From NCBI GenBank assembly GCA_000004985.1, contig GG738887.1: 64,000 nt of DNA. One strand, written 5' to 3'. The position numbers were made by a program, and so were the translations under genes. This document shows, one piece after another, positions 1 through 9,651 of this stretch. Position 1 is the stretch's first letter. Every line of letters starts with the position of its first letter. The DNA comes from Naegleria gruberi (lineage: Eukaryota). The notes beneath the pieces were generated by a model that saw only the letters and a program-made list of their open reading frames with translations, was not told the origin of the DNA and did not search any database.

Positions 1-69
1 AACATCAAGTGGTTCTTGTGCAATATTGTCGTACTTTCTCTTCTTGATTTGTTGTTTGTGTTGAGACAT
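1..69 (-). CDS. 5' end of an unidentified gene running off the left window edge (MSQHKQQIKKRKYDNIAQEPLDV...)
   Basis: ATG at 69..67 (minus) with a frame open to position 1; only ~23 codons are visible. Confidence 0.25.
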   Translation of the reverse strand, partial: MSQHKQQIKKRKYDNIAQEPLDV

Positions 70-246
70 TTTTTCTCTGGTTTAAATTTCTGTTGAATAA
101 TCATCGTGATGGTTTTATTGCCCTTTCGATTGCTTTACATCTTCCATGATAAGGTGGATTTATAGGGCCTTAGTGGAAATTGTAAATTCTATCAAAGCAT
201 CTACCTAAGAACAAAGAAGGACAATGTGAAACTAATTCACCACCTC

Positions 247-1521
247 TCACAAAAGATTAGGATTTAAAAAGATAGGTAATCTCTTCTTGGATATTAGCTT
301 GTCCATACTCCAAATCTCTTCATAGTTGGTACCATCACTCGTTGAGATGATACCTCTTCCGTGCTTTTTAGAATAGTCCCACTTTCCCTTAAAGCAACCA
401 CCATTGGCAAAGTAATAAATTCCCTCACCATGTTTCTTATCTTGTTTCCAATTTCCCTCATAGACATCACCATTCTTATAACTGTACACTCCATATCCTT
501 CCTTAACATCATTCACAATGCTGCCTTCATATATTCCGTTGGAGAGAATGATTTTAGCTTGGCCAAACTTTCTGTCTCTTTCCCATGTTCCTTCATAGAC
601 AGTTACTCCATCACTATAGTACAGCGCTCCAAGACCATGTCTTTTACCTTCAATGAATTCACCCTCATAAACTGATTGGTCCTTGAAAATATATCTTCCT
701 TTTCCATGAGGAAAGTTATTGGAGAATTCTCCCTCATAAGACTCGCTATTACTGTACAGTAGGACTCCACTTCCTTCCTTCTTGTCATCTCTCCATTCAC
801 CTTTATATTTGTTGGAGGAGGTTTTTAAAACACCCTTTCCATGTTTCATTCCATTGACAAAAGTTCCTTTGTACATGGAGCCATCTTTGAAGATTTGACT
901 ACCTGCACCATTGGCTTTTCCATCTACAAAGTTGCATGTCACTACATTTCCATTGTAGCCAGTTAATGTTCCTGCACCATTTGGAATAAAATCGAAATGT
1001 TGACCAGTGTAAATTCCTTCTCCTTCAATTTCAAATGAATCAGTGTTATCATAGGATGGATCGTTCTTAAGGGCTGATTTGTTCAAACTGCTTCGAGAAG
1101 TATTTAGTGCTGAACGATGGTTTTCAATCTTTTCAAGAATTGGATCAGATCCCCTATCGAGTGGAACTTCTTCTGAGAAAGGTGCTTCAAGACCAGGCAA
1201 ATCTCCCTCATCAATCTCCTCAACAATCAACTTTTGGAGTGGTATTTGAGGTGAATATTTACACCAAAAATCATCATTTGTAAATGGTACACTGGATTCT
1301 TTCAACATTCCATTCAGATCATCAACGTGCTTTCTCGTTTTTTCTATCTGCTTGTTGATACCGTCAATGTCAGATTCATTTAGGAGTGTGGAATTGTTTC
1401 CCTTTTCGAGGGTAGGCATTGGAGTGACCATGATGGTATCGTGGGGTTGGTTGTGGTAATCAATCTTGTAATTAATATATGCTTGATGAGTTGGTGAATT
1501 AGGGTTATATTGAGAGAACAT
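247..1521 (-). CDS. MORN-repeat protein (≥8 tandem MORN motifs, YEGxFxxGKxHGxG)
   Basis: 424-aa ORF; the C-terminal two thirds is tandem 'Y-E-G-E/T-F/W-x-x-G-K/R-x-H-G-x-G' MORN units; the N-terminus is overlapped by another long frame (see findings). Confidence 0.75.
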   Translation of the reverse strand: MFSQYNPNSPTHQAYINYKIDYHNQPHDTIMVTPMPTLEKGNNSTLLNESDIDGINKQIEKTRKHVDDLNGMLKESSVPFTNDDFWCKYSPQIPLQKLIVEEIDEGDLPGLEAPFSEEVPLDRGSDPILEKIENHRSALNTSRSSLNKSALKNDPSYDNTDSFEIEGEGIYTGQHFDFIPNGAGTLTGYNGNVVTCNFVDGKANGAGSQIFKDGSMYKGTFVNGMKHGKGVLKTSSNKYKGEWRDDKKEGSGVLLYSNSESYEGEFSNNFPHGKGRYIFKDQSVYEGEFIEGKRHGLGALYYSDGVTVYEGTWERDRKFGQAKIILSNGIYEGSIVNDVKEGYGVYSYKNGDVYEGNWKQDKKHGEGIYYFANGGCFKGKWDYSKKHGRGIISTSDGTNYEEIWSMDKLISKKRLPIFLNPNLL

Positions 1522-1785
1522 GGCAGCAATACTATTATTAAGAGTCCTCTTTTCTGAGCTTTTAGCTGTCTTTGCTGGTTTGGTTTCACAAAGGAAGGAG
1601 TGGCCATGAGTGGAGAGAGCTTGTCAACTCCAATTGGAGATACATTTGGGAATAAATGGGAAGGAGTTGAGAGAATATTTTTCATGATAGCTAGGGGAGT
1701 TGGAGGTTCGAATGTATCTGCAGCTTCATTAATTTCAATTGGAGAAAGCTCGTCCTCTATTGATTTTGAATTTGAACCACCTCCT
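1380..1785 (-). other. 135-codon stop-free alternate frame between the arrestin-like stop and the MORN start (exon of unresolved ownership)
   Basis: frame open from the acceptor-like 'aatttgcag' at 1785-1786 down to 1380; S/P-rich translation (GGGSNSKSIEDELSPIEINEAADTFEPPTPLAIMKN...); overlaps MORN ORF codons 1-47 out of frame. Confidence 0.3.
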
Positions 1786-1881
1786 GCAAATTTATAAACA
1801 ACAAAGAAGGGAATGCTTATTCCTCTATTTAACAGAATTGAATAAGGTGAAACGATAAATCCAATTATTAAATCCCAAAAC

Positions 1882-3450
1882 TTACCCTTCTCCAAAAAAT
1901 TCAATTTCAATCAAATGTGATACAGTCATCATTTTGGTCAATCCTCTTGTTGACTCTGAAATGTCACTCGGAAGAATGACTTGAATTGTCTTGCTGACTT
2001 CGTCTTCAGTGTGGCAATCTGTCAGAGTATGGAACACAATGACATTATTGTCTTGCTCCTTAAAGTCATCCAATAATGATCGATAGGAAGTTCTCTCCAC
2101 TACCTTGATGATTATTTCTTTGGATTTCACATCTAAAGCACAATCTTTAATATCTAGTGTGAACTGAATCACATCCTCTGGTATAAATACATTTCTTGTG
2201 AGCTCAATGTTACATTGACACGAGCTGCTCTCGCCGTAACTATAGTTGATTGGTTGCATACTAGCCGTTTCCTTAATGTGTACTGTAAATGAAGAAATAC
2301 AGCTCAAATACTGCTCTTCATAGTCACCATCCACATTTTGCAGCAAACACTGGACTGATGCATTGATTGTATAACTGATGGTTGCAAAGTTTTTCACAAT
2401 CGATGGTTCAATATTATCTGGGAGAGTGAAAGAAAATTCCAACATGTGTGCTCCCCTATAAAAAATACTTCTTCCAAACCTAGTCTCAATTTGTGTAATG
2501 ACATTTTCTTCAACAGATAATTGTGGATAGAATAAAGATTCCTTTCCCAAGAGGGTAATAATTGCCTGACTCATTTCCATTTTGATTGCATTTTTCAATT
2601 TCACATATCCTTTTACAGTTTCACCAGGTTTAAACTCTTTAGATTGTTTTTCGTATTGAATTGTAATTTCATAAGGTTGTGTTTCTGCAAAACTATTGTT
2701 AAACTTCTTTCTCTCCTCGGAATTCTTCTTCACCTTAATATTATTAGAGTGAGGAAGAATGTCAGGACTCGCCTCATAAGGAACTGCATACATAAGCTCG
2801 GAAGATTCCGACTCTGTTATCAATTCATCCTCTTCAGCAGCACTTTCCATCAACATTTCATCTACACTCTCTCCTAAACTAGAAGGCTCTGAAATTTCTT
2901 GCAACATGTCATTAGATTGACTTCGAAAACTAGTGGCATTCTTATATGGAGAGGAAGAGTCCAAAAACTCTTCGACTGGTTCAAGTATTTCAACTCTACT
3001 TGAGTCCAATTCCTTCTTCACTGCAGCTAAAGTGCGAGGAGAAACAATTGGAGAAGATTGAGGAAGGCCCTCTCCTGTTAATTGCTGTTTTTGGTTCTTT
3101 TTGAGGGTGAGAAAGTCTTGAAAGGAGACCATTGATGATGAATTATTTTCCTCAATAAGGCTCAAAGGTTTTATGGTAGAGATTGATACGGCTTCTTCTT
3201 CCTCATTGTATGATATTGGTTTTTCTGCAGTTTGTTCGACTGGTTGATCTTCCGAAATGGTTTGATTCGATAGTTGCTGTTCTTTCTCTGCTATTGTTAA
3301 ATCTTCAACCTCAACCTCCTCATCAACATTTTGTGGAGTATTTATCAGAACGGAGGCTGCCAGTTCCTTTCTTGATGTTGTGGCCATGCTCGAAAGAGAA
3401 GGTGTCGAGTCGAGCGATGTCATTCGATGAGGTGATATTGGCAGAGACAT
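1882..3450 (-). CDS. arrestin-fold (arrestin N/C domain-like) protein with a Ser/acidic-rich N-terminus
   Basis: 522-aa ORF; 'KPGETVKGYVKLKN...IITLLGKES' and 'ILPSDISES...VSHLIEIEF' resemble arrestin N- and C-domain hallmarks; the stop TAA overlaps a consensus GGTAAGT. Confidence 0.5.
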   Translation of the reverse strand: MSLPISPHRMTSLDSTPSLSSMATTSRKELAASVLINTPQNVDEEVEVEDLTIAEKEQQLSNQTISEDQPVEQTAEKPISYNEEEEAVSISTIKPLSLIEENNSSSMVSFQDFLTLKKNQKQQLTGEGLPQSSPIVSPRTLAAVKKELDSSRVEILEPVEEFLDSSSPYKNATSFRSQSNDMLQEISEPSSLGESVDEMLMESAAEEDELITESESSELMYAVPYEASPDILPHSNNIKVKKNSEERKKFNNSFAETQPYEITIQYEKQSKEFKPGETVKGYVKLKNAIKMEMSQAIITLLGKESLFYPQLSVEENVITQIETRFGRSIFYRGAHMLEFSFTLPDNIEPSIVKNFATISYTINASVQCLLQNVDGDYEEQYLSCISSFTVHIKETASMQPINYSYGESSSCQCNIELTRNVFIPEDVIQFTLDIKDCALDVKSKEIIIKVVERTSYRSLLDDFKEQDNNVIVFHTLTDCHTEDEVSKTIQVILPSDISESTRGLTKMMTVSHLIEIEFFGEG

Positions 3451-3625
3451 TTTTTAAGGAATTTAAAAAACCGTTACATGTAAATGAGTGAGAGAATTGA
3501 AGTTGAAAATAAATAAGGATTGAAATTTAAACAGTTTTTTATTAATGTTTTGAATCGGAGGCGTTTGGTATAATTGTGTAATCTTTGTGAAAATTTTTGG
3601 GACTGTACAGTAAGATTTATTTACA

Positions 3626-4191
3626 TTAATGTTGGGTCTTGATGCTCATAAGGGACTTGAATTGAGCATATTCGAGTTTGTTTCCTTCGTAGGAAATTCC
3701 ATTTTCCTTTGCAATTTTAGGAACATCAAAATTCAAGTCAAATCTTTCACAGAAAGATCTCATTTCATTGATAGAGATGGTTCCAGTCTTGTTTGGATTA
3801 CCTCCGAGAGCAATGAATGCATCCAAAATGTCTTCTTCATTGGCTTCATCATCCTTACTAGCACTATATCTTTGTAAAAGTTCCATAAATAAATAAAATT
3901 CAATCTTGTCTGGATTAAAAGAATCGGAATGTCTTGAAGAACTCAATTCATCATCATTACTATCCTTTCCAGCATTGTGAGCCTTGCTCAGAGCATCCAA
4001 CAATTTTAAAATTTCATCCAAGGAAATTTCATACCCAAGTTCTTTTAAAAATCTAACAATGTCTCGGAATTGTTCTATCACTTACCTATAAATGCTTCTT
4101 TAGCATCCTTAGCATCAATATATCCCAAATCATGATAATCATAGGATGTATAAACTTCTCTAATCCTTTCCACGTCTTGTTCAGTGTACAT
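3626..4191 (-). CDS. EF-hand calcium-binding protein (calmodulin/myosin-light-chain-like), 2 exons
   Basis: exon 1 4191..4086 (MYTEQDVERIREVYTSYDYHDLGYIDAKDAKEAFI-; EF loop DYHDLGYIDAKD); intron 4085..4042 (GTAAGT...AG, 44 nt, in frame); exon 2 4041..3626 with a second EF loop 'GGNPNKTGTISINE'. Confidence 0.55.
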
Positions 4192-4550
4192 TTTTTTCAG
4201 TGTTGTTTGTTTTCATGTTGTAGTTTGGCGAGTAAATTGATTTGGGAATTGGCGGGAAATTTAGGAATGAGATGTTGTTAGGTTTATTTTAACAATTCTT
4301 ATTTCCTTCCATTCAAAGCAATACCAACAAACTGATAGCAAGTCAATATGATTATTATTGGACTCTAATTTTTTTACTCAAACACCTTTATTGTGGTCTT
4401 GTAATCTCAAACTGCATCATTCTATAGATTTATGCGCATTACAAAATATTTACTTGGAACATAGAGTTCCATAACAATACATCGTTACCAAACCATTCAC
4501 ATGACACACGTCAAAATTTGAATAACTAATTCTCTAAACAGCCAAAAAAT

Positions 4551-7067
4551 ATGTCAACACAACATCACTTTCCACATCAACACATTGTTGCAATGACATC
4601 TTCTCGGCAATACTCTCAAAGACACAAACCACTTCTTATCTTCTCCCTCATCTGTCTTATCCTATACGCAACAAGCCTTCAACCCCATCATCTCATCTCG
4701 GCACAACTTGCACGCTGTTCACCACTGATAAAAAATGGCGCCAACGCTGAGGATGCATTCTTCAGCTATTCTTATGCGAGTAGTGATTTTAATTTGACTT
4801 CATCTTCTGCGTCATCAGTTTCGAGTGCTGGAGAGTTTACTCACTATGTGGATACGCAAACGTATGTGAGTGGAGTTTCATCCAAGTGGAGACAATTTGA
4901 TGGAAATATGTTTTATGTTCTTGGTGTGGTGAATGTAGATGGAACAGTGGTAAATTCGGGAGGTGAAACTCTTCAAGAGGTGTTGAGTAGGAAGAAATCT
5001 GATGAGAGTGTTTCATTGTTGGATGTTGTTCCTTTTATTAGAAAATCAACATTTGCTATTAGCAGGAATACTGGTGACTATTCCATTAGTATGTACAAGA
5101 TGTATTTTGGACAAGGAAATGAAGCTAGGGATAATTTGACATCTGTGACTACTAGTAGCTCATCATTTGCTGGATTGAATGGTTATGACGCAAGTGGTAA
5201 TTTAATGACCATGATGAATGTGAAAAGTTTCAATGCAACTTCTTCAGTTTCTTTGGACCTTGAGTTTGGATACTATTCATCTAAATTGGAAACTGTGTTT
5301 ATTTTCACTTTGGGAGCCAGAGCTTACAATTCTTCTGGTTTCTCCTTGTACAATAGTAATTACAATATTAGATTGGATGGCTCAGCTATTGAGAGTATTC
5401 GAAAGTCATCAAGCGAGCAGCTAGTTCTCTCTTTCTATGTGAGTGATGCCAGCTATACAGGTTTATTTTCTTCTCTTGAGTATACTACAAAGGCACAGAT
5501 CTACCCATTTCCCACCACAGTTAGTGGCTTTAGTTATCAATTTGTGAAATTTAACATTTCTGATACTTCCAAAGTCACATGTTCAAACTATCCTAGAAGT
5601 GTTCTGTATTCTTCCTTCTTGAACACTACACTTGCTATTGATTGGATCCTATTCGGATTGGTAGTCCTATTGACTCCTCTCTTTTTAATTTTCAGAAACG
5701 AACAACCACTCAAGAGTCGTTTAATTGTTCCCTACCTAGGTATTGTCTTTTTACTGATTTTATTTATTGGAGTTCAATATTCGATAGATAGTACTAGGCC
5801 ATCAGAAATTAAGAGCATCATCAGTGTTTCATTCTTTATAATGTCTTTGTTTGCATTTATTTTCCAAGCTTTTCGTTATTATTATTTAAGATATCTCTAT
5901 TCTAAGGTATGTGGTAAATCAATCTTTTTGGGAAAAGCTAACCCAAAATGAACTATATAGACTGACATTAGTGTGAAACAATCCAGAATTAAGAAATTCC
6001 TTTCCTCCAAGACTGTTTTTGTAATAGCACTAGTTGTTTCAATGGTTTTAGGTATCATTTATCTTGTTGTAGTCTTATCAGTTGCCTTGACCTCAACTAG
6101 TGTAAGCACGAATGGAGTAAAGGAAGATGTAGAAGTGGAATATTATACAAGAATAGCAATCCCTGCCTTTACAGTTCTTATTTTAATTTCTTGCCTCCTT
6201 ATTGATATTTTGCTTAATATCAAATCATTCTTTGGTAATATTGGAAGATTCCTCTTCTTTGAGGATCCTCTATTTTTCAGATCTGAACTTTTGCTTGTCA
6301 TTCCAACATGTATCTTTTACGTGATAGAGTTTGTACTCAATTCTGGTAAGTAATTATTTTCCAATATACATTAACAACTTGTAGAAACTCGTCCATATAT
6401 TGATGGATCGCTCACAACTTTCCTCATTCCAAAGAACATTCATGAAATTAGAACAATGATTGGATTTTTTGGAATTTTCCGTTTCCTCAATCTATTCTGC
6501 TTTGTTCTCTTTTTTGGTGAGGCTCTCGTGCTAGCTGTTACCATTACACGAGTCATTAGGAGAAATTACAAGCGAGGCAAAAAGGGATTATCTCTTTTAC
6601 AACCACACAATAGTCCTCTAGGAATGTTCAGATCTAAATCAAGTTCTGAAGATGATATAATTGAGAACTTTGTATCAAAGGATGATGGACACAAGCTTTT
6701 AGAAGAATTTTCCAGAAATGAGTTTTCAATTGAGAATATTTTACTCTATGATATTTTACACCAGTTCCCTAATGAGAAGAATGATGAAAACAGAAGGAAA
6801 ATTCTCTTGGATATTTATCTGAAATTCATCATGTCAAACTCTGAGTTTGAAATTAATCTTTCATCTTCAACTCGTAAGGAATATTCCCAACTTATTGAAG
6901 ATTTACAGGATAACAAACCACTGCAACCAGATGAACTGATTCAAACCCTCAAGATTGAGGTTATTCAAAACATGGCAGATACATTCAGTCGTCTGGAAAT
7001 GTCTCCAGAATACAGTTCACTTCTTTCTAAATGGGAAACTGAAAAGGCAACAGCCCTTAAAATATAG
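4551..7067 (+). CDS. 7-transmembrane receptor-like protein with a C-terminal RGS domain (7TM-RGS) and a large Ser-rich extracellular N-domain
   Basis: exons 4551..5906, 5961..6345, 6385..7067 (introns 54 and 39 nt, GTATGT/GTAAGT...AG, frames continuous); signal/TM N-terminus; 3+3+1 predicted TM helices; RGS signature 'EFSRNEFSIENILLYDILHQF...IYLKFIMSNSEFEINLSS'. Confidence 0.6.
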
Positions 7068-7497
7068 AGAATTCATTGATATTCAAAGTTATCAAAACTC
7101 TTTTATGTACACCACTAGACATTTTCTTCTCGAAAGGAAATTGTATCATTAGTTATCACTATTAAGTTTTAGGAAACTTGTTTAGTAATATTTAATCCTT
7201 ACCTGAAAGAAGTTTTTATTTGTCCGCCTCTTGCGTTTTCGTTGTTATTAATTAGAATTAAAATTGGATAATGTGCCTTATTAACATCCAAGAATGTAAC
7301 TTCAACTGAGAATTTATCAATACTTTAAAGATGCATTAATATTAGACCGTTCTCTAGACCTTTCGTACGTACTTTCTACAAAGACATCCAAGAAAATCAC
7401 TACTCAATATCCAAATTATCATCCAAATTACTCCACCCTCAATTGTATTTAAATTCGCCTCAATCATGCAATAATTTTCTGACTTGAAAAAATCAAA

Positions 7498-8699
7498 ATG
7501 TCTGCCACTTTCGAATCAACAACAAGCAAACTCTTCACACCACTCACATTGGGAACTGACAAAATTCCAGCCAGTCAGAGAATTACTTTGTCCCATCGAA
7601 TTGTGATGGCTCCACTCACTCGTTGCAGAGCAGTGGATGTAAGTATTATCAACAATTTTCATCTTTAACTGTTAAACACAAATATTAGGGAGATTGTGAA
7701 CAAACAGAACATGCAATTACTTACTACTCTCAACGTGCCACACCAGGTGGTTTAATCATTGCTGAAGCTTCACAAATTACTCCACAAGGACAAGGATATC
7801 CATGTTCTCCAGGTTGTTATTCTGAAGCTCAGGTTAAAGCTTGGAAAAAGGTGACAGATGCTGTCCATCAAAAGGGAGGTGTCATCTTTTTGCAATTGTG
7901 GCATGTTGGTAGACAACGTTATGCTGACAATGTATCCTCTTCTGCAGTTCCAATTCAAAATGAAACATCTACAAATTTGAAAACCAGAGAACAACAATTG
8001 CCAACTACTCCAAAGGCATTGTCCATTGAGGAAATCAAGGTCATTATGGGACAATATAAGCAAGCTGCTAGAAATGCTAAATTGGCTGGATTTGATGGAG
8101 TAGAATTGCATGCTGCTAATGGTTATCTAGTTGACCAATTTTTACAAAATGGAGTTAATAAGAGAACTGATGAATATGGTGGTTCCATTGAAAATAGATT
8201 GAGATTTATGCGTGAAGCTATTTCAGCATGTATTGAAGGATTTGATAATCAATCTGATCGTGTTGGAATTCGTTTGAGTCCAAGTGGATGTTTCTTGGAA
8301 ATTAGTGATTCAGATCCAAAACCTCTCTTTGAGGCAGCTGTCAAGGCATTGGATGAATATGATTTGGCATATATTCACCTTGTAGAACCAAGAATATCAG
8401 GTGGAGCAAATTCAGATGATGGCCAAGCTGAATCCAAACCTGTGGTTGTAACCAAGGAATTGAACCCATTGACAAGATCTCCAATTATTTCAGCTGGTGG
8501 TTTTACTCCAGCCACAGCAAAGAGTACCACAGAAGAGGGTGCCACAGATATGATTGCTTTTGGAAGACACTTTATTTCTAATCCTGATTTGGTTGAAAGA
8601 ATTAGAAATGGTCATCCACTTAATCATTATGATAGAAGTACTTTCTATGGTTCCAAAGATGTTGTTACTGGTTATACCGATTATCCAACTTTTCAATAA
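7498..8699 (+). CDS. Old Yellow Enzyme family NADH:flavin oxidoreductase (12-oxophytodienoate/N-ethylmaleimide reductase-like)
   Basis: exons 7498..7638 and 7689..8699 (50-nt GTAAGT...AG intron); motifs 'YYSQRATPGGLIIAEASQI', 'HQKGGVIFLQLWHVGR', 'GFDGVELHAANGYLVDQFL'. Confidence 0.8.
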
Positions 8700-8968
8700 T
8701 TATCATTTCACGGATTATTTAATTTCCTCTTTTTTAATTAATAAATTATCATATGAGATTGTAATTGAGTTCTGGAATGACACTAATATAGTATTTCTAC
8801 AAAATAATGGTTGTATTGTTGTTCAACTTTGACATCCTTACTTAAGGTAATCTGTCATAAACTTGAGACCTTCTTCGTTAGCCTTATTTCTTTGCCTATG
8901 TCTTCCAGTATTGTTTATTGGTTTATGGTTATAAATACTATTCTTCTTAATTAAAAATGCTAAATGAT

Positions 8969-9054
8969 CCGATGAGACGGAATCGAACCGCCGACCACAG
9001 GATGACAGTGTTCCTTGCTACAGTCCCATGCTCTACCAGCTGAGCTATCATCGG
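8969..9054 (-). tRNA. tRNA-Tyr(GUA): tRNA-Tyr (GUA) with a 14-nt intron after position 37
   Basis: minus strand CCGATGATAGCTCAGCTGGTAGAGCATGGGACTGTAG[caaggaacactgtc]ATCCTGTGGTCGGCGGTTCGATTCCGTCTCATCGG; cloverleaf with 7-bp acceptor stem, GTA anticodon and TTCGATTCC T-loop; the intron sits at the canonical eukaryotic tRNA-Tyr position; a T-run (Pol III terminator) lies downstream. Confidence 0.88.
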
Positions 9055-9265
9055 TACATTAATGATCATTAAGGTCTATTCCACTATGTGTAATAAAGCA
9101 TTATTGATGTGGATTGATGACCATTTTCATCTATAATACAACCAAACAGGTGGTGTCGCATCGACAGAATAATTTCGATTTATTTCTCTAGAATAAAGTG
9201 ATGCTTCCAAAATGATTACAAAATTTAAAAATTAGTTTAAATTTAATATTTTTAATATCAAAAAA

Positions 9266-9598
9266 ATGTCAGCAAATGAACACAGGGAAGATTTTGATTA
9301 TTTGGAAGCCATGAAGGAATTGGAAGAATTTAAAAGAGATCTGGGCGAAAATCAACGTATTATTAAAATGAATAAAGAATTGGATGAACAAATTGCAAAT
9401 CTAGAGAATAATAAAGTTTCTCTTTCTGATATGGATGCGGAAACTAAAATGAAACATATAAAGGCTGTTTTTGGAGAGCAAGCTGGAGATTTTCTTAAAT
9501 ATTTAGGGGAAGTGAATGATTCTAATGCTAGAGTGGAAGTAATTGCTGAGAGTATTAATAAATCAATGCGTGATGATGATATGATTGATGATAAATAA
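9266..9598 (+). CDS. small acidic coiled-coil protein of unknown function (110 aa)
   Basis: ATG-initiated ORF; E/K/D-rich; no recognisable domain. Confidence 0.35.
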   Translation: MSANEHREDFDYLEAMKELEEFKRDLGENQRIIKMNKELDEQIANLENNKVSLSDMDAETKMKHIKAVFGEQAGDFLKYLGEVNDSNARVEVIAESINKSMRDDDMIDDK

Positions 9599-9651
9599 AT
9601 TGAGAAATAGTTTGGAATATTCTAGAAAGATTATCACAATTTTATGTGGAA

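Noticed and set aside
294-800. Short ORFs 294..512(-), 361..675(+) and 603..800(-) overlapping the MORN gene
   Set aside because: They lie in alternate frames or on the opposite strand of a clearly coding MORN repeat array, and have hydrophobic low-complexity translations with no motifs.
4042-4085. Alternative 11-nt or 33-nt introns for the EF-hand gene
   Set aside because: 11 nt is below any plausible spliceosomal intron size, and the 33-nt option is out of frame. The 44-nt GTAAGT...aaaAG intron is in frame and matches local intron sizes.
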